DNA from: Camelus dromedarius
Lineage: Eukaryota
Reading direction: 5' to 3'
Assembly (NCBI RefSeq): GCF_036321535.1
Contig: NC_087437.1
Coordinates: 23,624,001-23,688,000 of the forward strand
Length of the DNA: 64,000 bases
Below the pieces are notes generated by a model. The model searched no databases and was not told the origin of the DNA. It saw only the letters and a list, made by a program, of their open reading frames with translations. Made by a program: the position numbers and the translations under genes. The first letter of the stretch is position 1. Each line of letters begins with the position of its first letter. Shown here in pieces: positions 36,516 to 49,853 of this stretch.

Positions 36516-36674
36516 AATAAGGAAGCAAGCTCCAAAAATCATGGCTTTCATCTTCACATCCAGGTCTAATGGGAAGTGAATTTCAAAGTGGTCAGCATCA
36601 CTCATGGTTGATAACATACCATTCCACTTCCTAGTAATACTGCCGATACTGGATACACCGTCGAGGGATTTGAC
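36516..36674 (-). CDS. PLSCR4: PLSCR4 coding exon 7 (159 nt): VKSLDG...GSITRKWN...DADHFEIHFPLDLDVKMKAMIFGACFLI
   Basis: AG/GT boundaries, phase 0/0. Contains the Ca2+-binding-like motif and the C-terminal hydrophobic helix. Confidence 0.97.
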
Positions 36675-38019
36675 CTGGAAGGACCAGACCAGAGTGTGAC
36701 TTTATGATGACTGAAAGTATTAAAATTCATGCTTTGTTCTTCTGTTTATAAGCAGTTTACACTGAGGTCGCATAAATAGAGTGCAGGGAATGAATACAGT
36801 AATCGTGCAATTTCAGACAAGAAATGATGGCCAAGTAGGGTTAAGCGCCTTGCAACTGATTAATAACTGAGCTGGGGTGTATCTCACAATTCTCAGGCCA
36901 GGGTTCTTTCTTCACCCTCAAATGAGTTACTAGGAAAGCCTGTCAGAGGACGTATGATTAGAATTTACTTTGAAATTCTTTTCCATATCACAAAAGGAGA
37001 GAACTGGGGTCAGGGAGGGAGTGTTTTTCCAGTCTAGGGAAACATGTGAACAAAAGTACAGGGACAAGGTTCTTTGCACTTCACAAATTCCACACAACCA
37101 CTCAGGCTTCTGTGGGCCAAATGAACCCTGTCTTCTTAAAGTGTGTCAGGATCCCAAAGGGCTTCAGCTTCTAAAAGAGGGACCTTGACACCTGCCACAA
37201 GGAAAATAATAATCTCTACACACCCTGACCCCGAAGTCTGGCTTATCTACATTTTCTATGTATCTACAATGGTCTTTTAATAAATAAGTCATACTTGGTG
37301 ATATGGTTACATAAAACGAGAACTAAAGAAAGTTTATTGGGTGTCACAGAAAATATCTGAATGAGCAATTGAGTCTTGTTGAATTTCAAGTCATTTAGAA
37401 AGAATGCTTTAAGAAGCCCAGGAATCCCCTATGTCAGAATTGTTAAGGTAATAAAGAATCATCTTGTAGCCATTGGGATAAAGGTAAAACAAAAGGATTT
37501 TCCTTTTTCCAGAAAATGTTATAGCCTGCTATGAGTTTTATCCATGTTATCAGTGTTGTCCTGTTTCTTGAGGATGCAGACAGGCTTCCATTTTGCAAAT
37601 AAGCAATTTGTGCAACCTCAGGGTGCTCCATTTGTTTCCTGATGTGTTGGGGACTTCTGTTACTCAGGACCTATATTCTGATCCTGGACATCTTTGGTAA
37701 AAGCGGTAAACGAAATACAGCCAAGAATAAAGTAAATGGATTAGGTCAGCCTATTTACTCTCAGGTTTAGTGTTTGAAATGGTTTCCTCTTATCTTTATC
37801 AAACACTGAAATCATAAAAAAGGAGCTCACATTTTGGAAAACCTTCAGCAATCACCTAAGATTAATCTGAAAAACTTTTTATTGTCAGCTGGTTAGTTAA
37901 CTCTTTCCGCACACTGCTTTATTCATTCACCAACAAAAATCATCTAAAATCAGATCATCCTGAGGTCTATTATGACACGTAAAAAAAACAGTGGAGACAT
38001 CACTTTAACATTAGGTTAC

Positions 38020-38181
38020 CTCAAAAACAGAATCAGAACCACAGCCATAGGTTGAGCACGGTCCACGCACTCCCATCATATCTTCTTTCTTCTCGTTCTG
38101 GATGCTGTAAACTGCCCTGCACAGGTTCCAGTGTTCGGCAACAAAGCCAATGGTGACGCCAGGAGGACACTGCACCTCCAG
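38020..38181 (-). CDS. PLSCR4: PLSCR4 coding exon 6 (162 nt): LEVQCPPGVTIGFVAEHWNLCRAVYSIQNEKKEDMMGVRGPCSTYGCGSDSVFE
   Basis: CTTCTAG|CTG acceptor and GAG|GTAACC donor. This frame is not shown in the ORF track. Confidence 0.97.
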
Positions 38182-38239
38182 CTAGAAGTGAAGCAGTGAC
38201 AGAGGCAAAGATGCTGCATTTATACATATACATGTACAC

Positions 38240-38630
38240 ACTGCCTAGATGGGTTCTCAATGCATTCAAGGACCAGGGAAGCTGCTGCTGGGAGAAAGTC
38301 GTCCGTTTCCCCTGGGTTATTTCTTAGGGTTACAATTCAGTGAACAGCTTTGAGATGAGGTCATATCCCCTTTGGGACAAAATGACTGCTTGTTATAAAA
38401 TGGTCAGTTCTGCAAGCTCAGTGTTCCTCAGCTGTAGATACGGCATCTCTTTGGGATCCTCCAAGTCATGCCTGTAGAACAAGGGGACCCACACACACAG
38501 GCTGGCGCTCTCGCTGTTTACTGGGCTGTAATGAAGTTCTCTGACCCTGACCTAGGTGTCTCATGTCTCCTGGCACAATCCACCAGAAAGTAACAAGCTA
38601 GCTTCTTTGATTTACATCTCAGTCACGACA
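38240..38630 (+). mobile_element. Old ERVL-type LTR remnant in a PLSCR4 intron
   Basis: TATAAAA, AAGCTCAGTGTTCCTCAGCTGT, degenerate GTAATGAAGT poly(A) region and CTCTGACCC...TCTCATGTCT U5-like block. Confidence 0.45.
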
Positions 38631-38789
38631 TTTATAATAGAAAACAAGAGACAAGAGGCATTCTGAAAATTGTATGTTGTGAAAACAAGAGAATGCATGG
38701 ATAAGCATAGGATGAGGTGGAGATTGACCTCAGGTATAAGACTGTGATTACAAAGACAATACTGACAAAGCAGAAAGCTACCTGACAAC

Positions 38790-39120
38790 TGCTAATGTCC
38801 ACTGAGCACTATACTGTTTTCCAGACACTGTGCTAACACAATTGATGTTTATTTACTATGTAGTCCTCAAAACAACCATCCTGTAAGACAGGTCCTATTA
38901 ATATCTCCATTTTACAGATGAATACATCAAGGCCCAGAGAGGACTGTAAATAAATCACTACTGTAAATGCTGGTACTTAACATACAATTTAAATATCCCA
39001 GGAATCCTATGGGGTATTATTCTGTCCCGTTTGTGTATTAAGAACACTGAGGCTCAAAGAGGTTAAGTAAAATAAATTGCCCAAGTTTAAGTTGGTGGCA
39101 TATCTGAAATTCAAATTCTT
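38790..39120 (-). mobile_element. Two adjacent MIR fragments
   Basis: CTCCATTTTACAGATGAA...AGGCCCAGAGAGG and ACTGAGGCTCAAAGAGGTTAAGTAA...TTGCCCAAG. Confidence 0.7.
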
Positions 39121-39733
39121 TTGGAATCTCTCCCTAAAACTGCTTTTCTTTTCCTTAGCGAAAACTTTTCCTCTGGCTACTCAAGTTATAGAAGCGTAAC
39201 TGAACTGTAACTTGGCACATCTGCTTTCCACTTCCAGCATCTACCAAGTATGACATCACCCTCAGACAATCTCTTTGAGCCACCCTTTCTTTATCTGTAG
39301 AAGACGTAGATGATGATGATGGACAGAGAAAAAGTTATCTGAAGCTCCTTCCGACTCTAAAAGCACGTTTATGTTTAGTGTTACCTTACTTGGGGCTATG
39401 GAGGAACACGGAGACAAATGTGTGTGGCTGCTGTTCTAGGTAACAGGCTAATTTCTAAGTCCATGGACACAACTGACAGATTGTGATCACTGACGAAATA
39501 ACCCTAATTTGTGTTGATCCACCAACTAGCACCTGAAGACACGGACCCCCAAGAAAAATGCCTTCGTGATTTTCCATCGTGAGGCTATTTGACTCCCCAC
39601 TCCCCACTGCCTCTTCCATTCCGACTGGCAGAGCCAGTGCAAGTCCCCTCCTGTGCGGTGCTGGCAGGAGCACAACCGTGCAGTGCAGAGTTGGACCAGG
39701 AAGAAGCAATGGATAGGGCTGCCGTTCTCTGAC

Positions 39734-39960
39734 CTCTTGCCTGGCGGAGGGACAACAGAAGCAGCAGCAGGTGCATCTGAAAGGTCTCTGCAGTGTCATG
39801 ATCTCTTGGCCCAGGCAGTCAGTGACCCGCAGCACGAAGGGCCTCAGTGTCCGATAAGCATTCCTGGTGTAGTCATCTGTGTCTTCAGCCACAAAGTAAA
39901 CCATCTGGCCCAGGTTGTTTTTAATATCATATCTGTTATTAGTTTCAAAATGTGTTATCA
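39734..39960 (-). CDS. PLSCR4: PLSCR4 coding exon 5 (227 nt): (M)ITHFETNNRYDIKNN...CTCCCFCCPSARQE
   Basis: TTTTAG|TG acceptor and GAG|GTCAGA donor. Contains the Cys-rich palmitoylation motif. Confidence 0.98.
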
Positions 39961-41027
39961 CTAAAAGTAAAATGAGAGAACTGTCTTATTTAAGAGGCAG
40001 GTAAAATGGGCCTCAAGAAGTCCTTCTGTAGTAATTTCACAGGGGCTTAAAGCAAAATGGCTTTTTAAAAAAATTTCAGGTGGAAAATACGCAATTATTA
40101 GAACATGAAGATAATTCGTATGTCCTATAAAAATTTACGTAACTCAAAATTTAAAACATTTCTTTTAAGAAGTTCAGTACAAAATGATTTTTAAAACTTT
40201 TCCACATAAAAGCCAAGATTGAAACAATATTCCTAGAGTACCTGAATTCAGAAAACTTTAATTAAGGCACTAATGATCCCAGCACAGTGGTTAAGAGCCT
40301 GGCTGGAGTCAGACAGACATGAGTTCAAATCCTGACTCCATTGCTTTTTAGATGTATCTTGGGTGAGGTTAAAAAACAAAACAAAACAAAACTTAAATTA
40401 TAAAACCATTTAAATGCAATTATGCATTAGATCATAAATTAATTGGTTCATGGAATATACCAAGATGATCAGTGTCATTAGTAATTACAAATAAGAAAAA
40501 GAACCAAGCAGAGTCAAAGGCTCTATGTGGTGGTCAAATGAAGGAAAGGAAGGTGTAGGTCTGCTACAGAGAGGGATCTTGTGAGGATGAACTGTGAACA
40601 GGCATCATGTTTCTTCTTACTTCCATAGCATTGGGCTTAGAATTCAGGAAACTGAGATTCTATTTCCAGTTCTGCCACTGATTAGCTGACAAGGATGCCC
40701 TTGGCTAACTCATCTAGCCTCTTGGCTCCTTCTTTTTCTTGCCCATGAAAAGCTAATATGGAGGAGTTGAGATGGGTAAAGGGTAGGGGAGTCGACCAGA
40801 TAAAACGTAAGTCCTGTTCAAGTCCAAAAGCTTATTAATGTTGTGTAAATAGATAAAATAATACAAAGTAGGTCCCTTTATTACTTTCTTGAAGACAGCA
40901 TAGTAGAGGACAGTCTTTTCTCTTGGAACCACTAAAAAATAACCAATATAAATAAGGAACTAGATATTGGATAATGCATATTTCCACCTGATTCAAATAT
41001 TGCTGGACACTACAAAATTATACATAC

Positions 41028-41070
41028 TTTCCAGGGGTTCAAAGTGCTGAAGAACGTGTATGTTGTCCAA
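41028..41070 (-). CDS. PLSCR4: PLSCR4 coding exon 4 (43 nt): LDNIHVLQHFEPLE
   Basis: CCCAACAG|TTG acceptor and A|GTATGT donor; phases agree with neighbouring exons. Confidence 0.96.
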
Positions 41071-42204
41071 CTGTTGGGACAGAACAAAACAATTAGGAGA
41101 TAAAAACAACAGAATTAAATCAGACCAGCATTAGAAAAGAGACTGATGAGACAGATATTAAACTGTATCCATTTACACAAAGATCTTTTCTGAAGCTGAA
41201 TGGAATCAAAACCATTTTTTTTAATCAAGCAAAATCAGCCTATCTGCACCCAATCAGAGGGCTATTCGCAGAGCTGTCCAGATAGAACACTTTCGTCCAG
41301 TTTCACTGTAAACTATTGAGACATTTGTCTAAAATACAAGGAAAGCACCTTCCCATGACAGTCACAGCGTCTAGAAGAAGCTACGTTGACAAAGATGGCT
41401 CCCATCTCGATTCCTACTCATTGGTGTCTCTGCTGTGTCACCTCCTGACTGCAGTTGTCAGGAAGTTCAAGACAGTTTAATGTCGACCAGCCACAGAGAA
41501 AGCAACTGTCTCAGTGGCTTAGGGAGAATGAATCAGCTAGGGTGGCCCCTACACAGGACAGTCCAGTCTTACATTATCTTACAGGTGCTTCTGAAAGAGG
41601 TTAACACACTGACTGCCATTCACTTGAGCTGCTAATACCTGGGTCTTCCCTCAGTGTGTGCTTTAATAGGGGAGGGTCCAAGAAGCTGGAAGCATGTGAA
41701 AAGGATTAGAGCAAAGGCGAGGCAACATTCAGGGATGGGATCCCTCGAAAAGAGAGGCTGGGAATACCATCAGAGTAACTTCTACCTTAATTTTACTTAG
41801 GAATCACTGCAAAGATAGACAGTTGGATAGTAATTATCTGTTATACTTGAGAACATTCTAGCAGAAAAGAAGCCTCCTGAGGGACAGATTAATCATATCA
41901 ATATAATTTTAGATAATTTAGATCATTAGATCACTCCTAATCCCTGAGCCCAGAACACTGCCTGAAATACCATATTTTACCAAATATTTGAATAAATTAA
42001 TTAATGTATGATACATGAATGTGATAATAAATAAAATTTACAATAATGTAACTGGACATGAATGTTCTGTGGTTTGACTGACTACAGGAGATTTATAGAA
42101 AGGATACATTCCTTCCTTCATTAAAATTTTTTTCTCGTATGAGAACACAATCAGGAGAGAGGGTCTAAACATGTCTTAGAATAAAATATCAAAAGTGGCC
42201 CCTA

Positions 42205-42365
42205 AACAACAAGTTTCCACTGTACAGCACAGGGAACTATATTCAATACCTTGTAGTAACCTATAGTGAAAAAGAATATGTAAATGATATATGTATGATT
42301 GAAACATTATGCTGTACACCAGAAATTGACACAATATTATAAACTGACTATACTTCAATTAAAAA
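42205..42365 (+). mobile_element. Short artiodactyl-type L1 3' end
   Basis: ACTGTACAGCACAGGGAACTATATTCAATACCTTGTAGTAACC...ACTATACTTCAATTAAAAA; degenerate TSD AAGTG(G/T)CC(C/A)CTA. Confidence 0.85.
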
Positions 42366-44330
42366 GAAGTGTCCACTAGGGTTTATTACAGTCCGTTTTA
42401 AAAATTTAAGGTGTTAAAATCTATAACTAAAAAGCAAAAATATTCATTGCTTGGTAAAAGCTTCCACTGTTGAACAAAATATCCTAAGTACTGATGCCCG
42501 TTAATGTGAAAGAATTTTGTCCAATAAGATACTACGGTTGTTAAGAGGCAGTTCTAACAAAGTGTAGAGTCACTGCCAAGCCAACACTCTAGAAATAATA
42601 CAAACCTGCTATTCTATATACTGAAGTGTCAGGATAGTCCTGATAAGGATTCATGTAACTTGCACACAAGATGGCAAAAAGACTAAGAGAAAGAAAATGC
42701 CTGGCTCTGTGTTCTCCACTCACACACAAGGTATTTCGACTAATAACATCCACACAGCTATCATTCATTGGGTTGGTCCTGCGTGCCAAAAATATTAGGC
42801 ACATTACAAACTTTCTCATTAATAATTCTCCTAACAACCCAGTAGGATAGGTATCACTCGTACTACTTTATAGATGATGAAATTCAAGGACCAAAAGGTT
42901 AGAAAAGTTACTCAAGGTGGTGGAGTGAAGAGGAAGTAGAACCAGAATTCAAAGCCAGGTTTGTCTGGTTCTAAACCTGTTTATTTGTTTCTTTTTCATT
43001 TTTTTTAACTAAAAACATCCCTAAGAGGGAAAACAGAATTTATAAAATATCTTCATTCAACTTCTTTCAGAGTAATAGAAGAAGTGAAGAATTTTTAAAT
43101 TGTTAAATGAACAATATTAAAGCTACACATTTTTTAAAAAGAAATGACTCCAGATATTGGATTTCCAAGGACAATTTCTGTATTTATCATTAAGTATCAA
43201 AAAGAAACTTTCTAAACCTGATTACCTTATAAACATTTTATAAGCTTCCAAAATAATGTGAAGATGTATTCTAGCACTTTATCTGAATGACTGGTGGTGT
43301 ATTTTGTCAATATTTTGCCAAACAACAATTTAATAAAATTTTTGGTTCATGTAAAATCCAAAATGTCCTGATCCACCTGTATTTATGTCCAAAGATCAAC
43401 ACTATAATATCATACCAATGGTTTTCAACGCATAGGATTAACAGTCAGCATGTAAAATTGAGAAGAGAAACACATCAATTTCGAGGAACATCTGATTGAC
43501 TATGTGGCGTGACATGTATTGAATTGACAAGTCCCTTGCTTGTAATGTATTTCAACACTTCCTTTTACCTAAAAACAAAACATGATTTAGTAGTTTCTAA
43601 GCGATTTTCAACACTAGGTTGATCTTGTTTTCATTAAGCAACTTTTTTTGTTTGTTTCTGACATGGGTTTTTAAACAGTACCATTTGCTACATAAACTTG
43701 GCATATTGTCCCAGTTTCTGAAATGGGTGTCCTGGGCTTCGGACGCCTATATAGAAGGAAACCAGGAAGTCACTCTGTTGTGGAAAGGGGTTCTCTGGAA
43801 CTTGGCCTGAAACAATGTATTTGGTAGGTCCTCTCTTTTTATTTACATTGTATTTAAAAAAAATTTTTTTTGGTGGCAGGGAGGTGGCAGAGCTGGTTAA
43901 TGAAAACTATACGTGGTTAGAAAAGCCAATGGGCTGCGGCAGTAAGTGATTCACTCACTGTCTACCACCCTGCTCTTTATAATGTTGCTTTTCTTGATGT
44001 TAACTCTTTATTTCTAAGCAAACAATACCCAAATACCATCTTTGATAGTTTTTTTCTTCTATTCCTAATTTTATTTTTAAATAGCCTTCAACAGGACATC
44101 TTGAATGTCTCAAAATTCAACATACAATCCTTCACAAAAACCATATTCATCCCACCAAAAAAATCCCTTCACTTTTATGAAATTAGTACCACCACACCTA
44201 TAGTCTCACAAACTAGACATCTGTCATCAATGACCCATCGCCTTTATCTATTGTATCTAGCCTTTTCTCTCTTCTTATTGGATCTCCAATCATGCTTTGT
44301 AAAAAAGTAATTTGGATTTGTATACAGTAC

Positions 44331-44566
44331 CTGGGCTAAGTACTCTAGACCTGGAGGACAGTTTGGCATGGGAGTTGGCACTGGCATCCATGCTACTGGA
44401 GCAGAAGATTGTGGCACAGGATATTTTCCAGGCTGGTACTGGATAGGATGGGTACCACTACTTGGCAGGTACAAGGGGAAGGTACCAGGCTGCTGTGGAC
44501 CGTAGTATCCCACAGGCAAGCCTCCTGGGTAGCCTACAGGTGGAGGGAGGGCTGGTCCAGGAGGCC
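44331..44566 (-). CDS. PLSCR4: PLSCR4 coding exon 3 (236 nt), proline-rich: GPPGPALPPPVGYPGG...NCPPGLEYLAQ
   Basis: AACTCAG|GG acceptor and CAG|GTACTG donor; CPPGLEYL scramblase signature. Confidence 0.97.
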
Positions 44567-45019
44567 CTGAGTTCAAAAATAAATGCAAGTGTTATACATT
44601 GTTAACACTACAATATATTGGAAGTTAGCATGACTTTTCACACGAAGATGATATGGATCACATGACCTCCACTTAAAAACAAGATGTTCCATTTTACAAG
44701 GGTGTAGAATGTACAAAAATGCACTCAGGGGATTTACACATTAACTCATCTAATCCAGTTAAACCTTATGAGATAATTATTTCCATTTCAGAGGTATAAA
44801 AATGAAGTTTAAATATCAAGCAATATGTTAGCCTCTATGCATTAGGTTCCTTCTTTGAGGATAGTAACATACCTACTTCATTAGGTTGTGGTAGGATTAG
44901 CACAAGCCCTAGCATGTAACTAGCACCATAAACACTTGTTACTGTGTTTATTGTTACTAATGTTTAAGGTCAGAAAGATAGTAAGGTTTATCTAACTTCA
45001 AAGGGGTTCTTCCAATGAC

Positions 45020-45225
45020 CACTCTAATTCCAGCCCAGAAAAAAAGCCCATACCCATTAGCAGTCATTCCCCACCTTTCCAGGCAGCCCCTATCTCTACA
45101 GATTTGTCTAATCTGAATATTTCATATACATAAAATCATGTAACATGTAGCCTTTGTGTATGGTTTCCTTTACTTAGCATGTTTTCAAGGTTCATGCATG
45201 TTGTAGCATGCATTAGTACTTAATA
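45020..45225 (-). mobile_element. L1MB-like 3'UTR fragment
   Basis: CCCATACCCATTAGCAGTCATTCCCC...TTTACTTAGCATGTTTTCAAGGTTCATGCATGTTGTAGCATG. Confidence 0.75.
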
Positions 45226-45239
45226 AAAATTAATAAAAT

Positions 45240-46210
45240 AACAACACTCATGTCAGACAAAATATCCTTTAAGACAAAAATTGTTACTAGAAGTAAAGGA
45301 CATTTTGTAATAAAAGAAGTGTCAATTCATCAAGAAGATATAAAAACAGAGCTTCAAAATACATGAAGCAAAACTGACAGAACTAAAAAGTGAAACAGGC
45401 AATTTAACAAATAGTTGGAAACTGCAATACCCCACTCACAATGAAGGACAGAACACGTAAGCAGAAGGTCAAAAAGGAAAGAGAAGCATGAACAACACTG
45501 TAAATGAAACCAGGCATGTATAGAATACCCTCCCCGCAACAACAGAATAAATGCTCTTCTCAAGCACACAGAGAGCATTCTCCAGGACAGACCTCCCATA
45601 AAACAAGGCCATAAGACAAGTCTCAATAAATTTAAGACAACTGAAATCATACAGAGTATATTCTAGTACAATGGAATAAAATCAGAAATCAATAATAATA
45701 GAAGGAAATTTGGGAAATCACAAATTTGAGGAAACTTAATGACATACTCCTAAATAATCAAAGGGACAAAAAATAATCATGAGAGAAATCAGAAACTATT
45801 TTGAGATGAATGAAACAAAACCACAGTATGCCAAAGCTTATGGGATGCAGCTTAAACAATGCTTAGAGGGAAATTCATAGCTATAAACACCTACATTAAA
45901 AAAGAAATATCTCAAATCAGTAACCTAACTTTCCCAACTTAGCAATAAACCAAATCCAAAGGAAGGAGGAGGAAATAATAAAGATTAAAGTAGAAGTAAA
46001 TGAAATTAAAAAAAAGAAAAAAGACAAATCAGCAAAACCAAAAGTAGGTTCTTTTAAAAGATCAACAAAATTGAAAAACCTTATGACAGACTGACCAAGT
46101 CAAAAAATAGAGTTCAATTATTAAAATCAGGAACGAAAATGGGGACATTACTAAAACCTTAAAGAAATTAAAGTGTATCATAAGGAAATATTACAAACAG
46201 TTGTGTGCAA
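45240..46210 (+). mobile_element. Degenerate L1 ORF2 endonuclease/Z-region fragment
   Basis: TCAATTCATCAAGAAGATATAA...AAATACATGAAGCAAAACTGACAGAACT...TTATGGGATGCAGCTTAAACAATGCTTAGAGGGAAATT; frame disrupted. Confidence 0.88.
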
Positions 46211-46214
46211 AATC

Positions 46215-46479
46215 AGGGTACTACGCTCACAGCACCCCCAAGGGGGGTGGGCAGACCCCCTAAGCTATGCCTCCTGCATGAATCACCAATCTGTCCCTAC
46301 CCTCACCCCATTTAAGGAATCAGCTTGCCCCGACACGGGGAGTGAGCAAGGGCACATGTTTCTTGTTTCTGCTCCCTCGTGCTGCAGCCTGAGTCCCAAA
46401 AAAGCCTGGTCTGAATTTCTCGTCTGGCCTCTTATCAATTTCTACTGATTGAACGGTCCAAGGACCCGGCTGGGTAACA
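46215..46479 (+). mobile_element. 3' part of an ERV1-type LTR (5' end missing)
   Basis: Ends TCTTATCAATTTCTACTGATTGAACGGTCCAAGGACCCGGCTGGGTAACA; CCAAT and TTTAAG upstream. Confidence 0.65.
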
Positions 46480-46799
46480 TACTCCTAGGTAGCCACATAG
46501 TGTGTGAAAAGATCAGAGAGGAGGCAAATAACCTAGGCGGAGGAGATCCCTTGTGACGTAAGTGCTGACACAGCAGACCCAGCCAGCCCCTCCACGAGGG
46601 GCAGAGGTTTTACAGATAGAGCAGGTACAAATCGCACAGTTGCCCAGGGGAGGCTCAGTGCCGCAGGAGTAAAGGTCAAGTATGGAGACCCAGTGGACAA
46701 AGCAGAAAGGGAACTGAGGAGGAAGTGAAGATCATGGAAGACCTATGTACAATCTGCACAAAGAGCGTGAACTTTATGCTGATAAAATGGAAAGTGGAG

Positions 46800-47430
46800 T
46801 GATTAGTTTTCCATTTAGAACCTTTATACATGAGATGATTAGATTAGGCAGGAAGTGCCTGCAGGAGTCCAGATGGGAGGCAAGGAAGTTGTGATGAAAG
46901 GAGTAGAAAGTGGAGAAATAATAATTGACATTTAAAAGAGACACGTTGCCTTGGTAATAGACTGGATATGAGAAAAGATTCTCAGTTTTCTGAGTTGGGT
47001 TCCTGCAGACCTTCAGTGTAGAAAAAGAATAGAGAGTATGTGTTTGGAAGGAGGATGTCGAAGTTGGATTGAGGATCATTGAGTTTGAGATCCTGGGTCA
47101 CCAAGGGGAAGTGGTCCACAGGCAGGTGGAAGTAAGTTCAGAGAAGAGGAGATTGATATGGGGTGGGGGATAAGGGATTCATAAGTGGTTAAAGACAACT
47201 GAAGCCATGGGCATTATCAAGATTACTTAGGAGAGTGTAAAAGGACAGGTATGAATGGAAGACGTGAGAGAGGGGACAGGGCAGGGCAGGGCAGGACAGG
47301 GGAGTGGCCCAAGGAACTCCGGGGAAGACCAGTTTTTAAGGGTAGAAGACACTGAGCTCTTGATAGAGACTGCAAGTCAGAAGAGACTAAAGGAAAAATA
47401 ATGATAACTAGAAACAATGTCAAATTAGAG
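46800..47430 (-). mobile_element. L2 LINE fragment
   Basis: TTGAGTTTGAGAT...CAGGCAGGTGGA...AACTGAAGCCATGGG...GATTACTTAGGAGAGTGTA. Confidence 0.6.
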
Positions 47431-48404
47431 CTAAGTGAGAAAAAAGATCTAATGTTTTTAGAAAAAATGGAGGAAATTACATATTTCAGTTTGTTGTGAA
47501 GAATATACTTTAATTCCTTTAATAATTGTGTTTAAGAGTACCCAAATTGGACTGGAAATTCAGTATCCATCCCTCTTTTTTAGAACTATTATTAAAAAAA
47601 CAAAGATGCGTCTAAAAATCATATAAACTGTCTCAAAAATATTGTTATATCATTTCGGTGAGTTGATGATTAACTCTGGTGATATTAACGGTGTGATTTT
47701 TAACTTAAAAGTACCTCATGGAATAAAATTTGAAGCTCAATAAATCAGGGGTAAAATTACAGTTTAGATTATAGGGCTATTCAGTATAGAGATTATATTT
47801 CTAGGAAAAATTAAATACAAATATATGTAATCAAATGACTTTTGTTAAAATAATGTATTATTCAGAGATGTTAAGAGAAGTGAAGAAAAACAAATCTAAT
47901 TATTTGTGGGAAATGGTATCTTTTATATTCCCTTTTAAGGTTTAAAATTGCCATTAAGGGCTTTGATTGTTCTGCAGGCAAACACAGCAAAACAAAACAT
48001 GTTTAACTTTGTGTAACTATAGTATCCCACATCTATTTAAATAAATAACTTTATTATGGAGTATTGTCTTACCAATACAAGCGTGAGAAATACTGCTTTA
48101 GGGATTTGTGTTTTCTTAGTTATATGGAATATTATTATCCTTTTTTATTTTAAAACAGTAAGTCATTTTCTCTTTTAAATTGACTACATGTAACAAATGT
48201 TTGTATTAACTATTCTTTTAAACATGTTTGGGGCAAAATTATGTTCAGTGGGGACAAACAGCTGGCAGTATAATGCAAATGGAAATTATATAATTGAATT
48301 TAAAGGAATTCATTAAAGCTAAATATTTCAAGTACAGTTATTTCAAGTTCCTTAATGTGAATTAAGGGGAGAGAATTTGCATCAGTATGAAGTACATAGT
48401 TCAG

Positions 48405-48417
48405 CCACTAGATGGCG
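48405..48417 (+). promoter_or_regulatory. Candidate CTCF binding site
   Basis: CCACTAGATGGCG matches the CCASYAGRKGGCR consensus. Confidence 0.7.
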
Positions 48418-49748
48418 AGCACAGTGAATTTTTGTTACTGTATTTCACAACTGAAAATTCATTAGCTGTATGCTCTGCATCATATTATTTTTCAATGTAC
48501 CTAGCCATTTAATTTGATGGCTGTAACCTGCTAATTTTTTGATACAAAAAGGAATGGACAGACACTTTCCCAAATGAGCAGAACATGATTATATAATGAA
48601 TGTTTACTTCTTCAAAATGGTGGAGAGTCTGCTCTAGTGGAACCCAGATTCTTGGATATAGAGTGACTAGTGAATATAAGGTACGGTATGTAGATCATGT
48701 TGATAGTCAATGAATTCAAACATAGAGAAATGGTCAGATATAGCAAGATTATAAAATAGGATTGTCAAAACCTTGATTTTAGCAGGAGTTAAGCCATAAT
48801 GAAGGGTTACACTGGATCAGATCCACACAACATGCATACAGGTGAGGGAAAGGGGAAAAGGAAGCCCTGCTTTTCTCAGAAAACAATGCAGAGGCAAAGG
48901 CTACCTGTGCTCCATGGGTCATATGACTGGAGCCAAAACCACATCCTTGCCATCATCCTGTGGATAGTGGGGTTTCTTTCCCCCTTTTAACAGCCTAACT
49001 TACTGGTTTCTACCTCTACATACACACTTAATAGTTAAAGAAATATTACTATACTTTATAATTTTCTAAGTCATTAAAATGTATTTGAATACAATCCTGA
49101 TAAAACTATTTCCTTAGTCAAAAGTGAGTGTATTCTCAATTTAAAAAGTGTGACATACTGCCCAAATACCCATGAATATCCATTTTCCTGAGTCCCTGAG
49201 TACAGTGTGGCATGTATTCAGACTTATAAAAATATTTGCAGAACTAGAGAATATTACCAGGTCCTTGATCAGAATTCAAAGCTATTTACCTCCAGTTTTC
49301 TGTACTTTTCCTGCCACTTGTCCCATGCATGACTTATACTAGACCTTCATGACCTTGTGCTTTGGGACATATTGTTCTTTCTGCCAGGTATGGCCCCTTC
49401 CCCCTTTTCTTTGAGAAATTCCTCACTGGGCCAGCAAAACTTGACTCCTTAGTTAGGGCTTCCCTCAAATCCCTGGGAGAGTCAGTTACTGCCTTCTGTG
49501 CTTCTGCAACATTCTTTTCATAGTCAGGCAAAGAGAATGCCATCAATGTTGTACAACTTCTTTCCCCAGTGTAAATCCTATGGAGACGAGAATATAACTC
49601 TAATTAACATCTAGTAAACTACCTGGCACCCTGAAGGCATTCAATATTTATTTATTGAATCACTTAAGTAATTAATTAAAAAAGCAACCTTAAGTATTAG
49701 TATGGTTTTCTGGAGAGGGGAGAGATTCTTTCTGAATACTTAACCTAC

Positions 49749-49853
49749 CCGGTATAAAATGGGAACTGTACTCAGGAGGGGTACCGGGCCTTGGATCAGG
49801 TGGTTTTATTTGATTCTCCACTTCATCTGCAGGTTGCTCAGGTGCTGTGGGAA
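49749..49853 (-). CDS. PLSCR4: PLSCR4 coding exon 2 (105 nt using the TAG acceptor): (V)PTAPEQPADEVENQIKPPDPRPGTPPEYSSHFIP
   Basis: Peptide matches the recalled PLSCR4 N-terminus. Donor CGG|GTAGGT. The acceptor is inferred as the first AG after the pyrimidine tract (see findings). Confidence 0.9.

Noticed and set aside
39455..39733. Long in-frame read-through of PLSCR4 coding exon 5 into the intron
   Set aside because: A valid donor exists at 39733 and the downstream peptide is not scramblase-like; nothing here supports intron retention.
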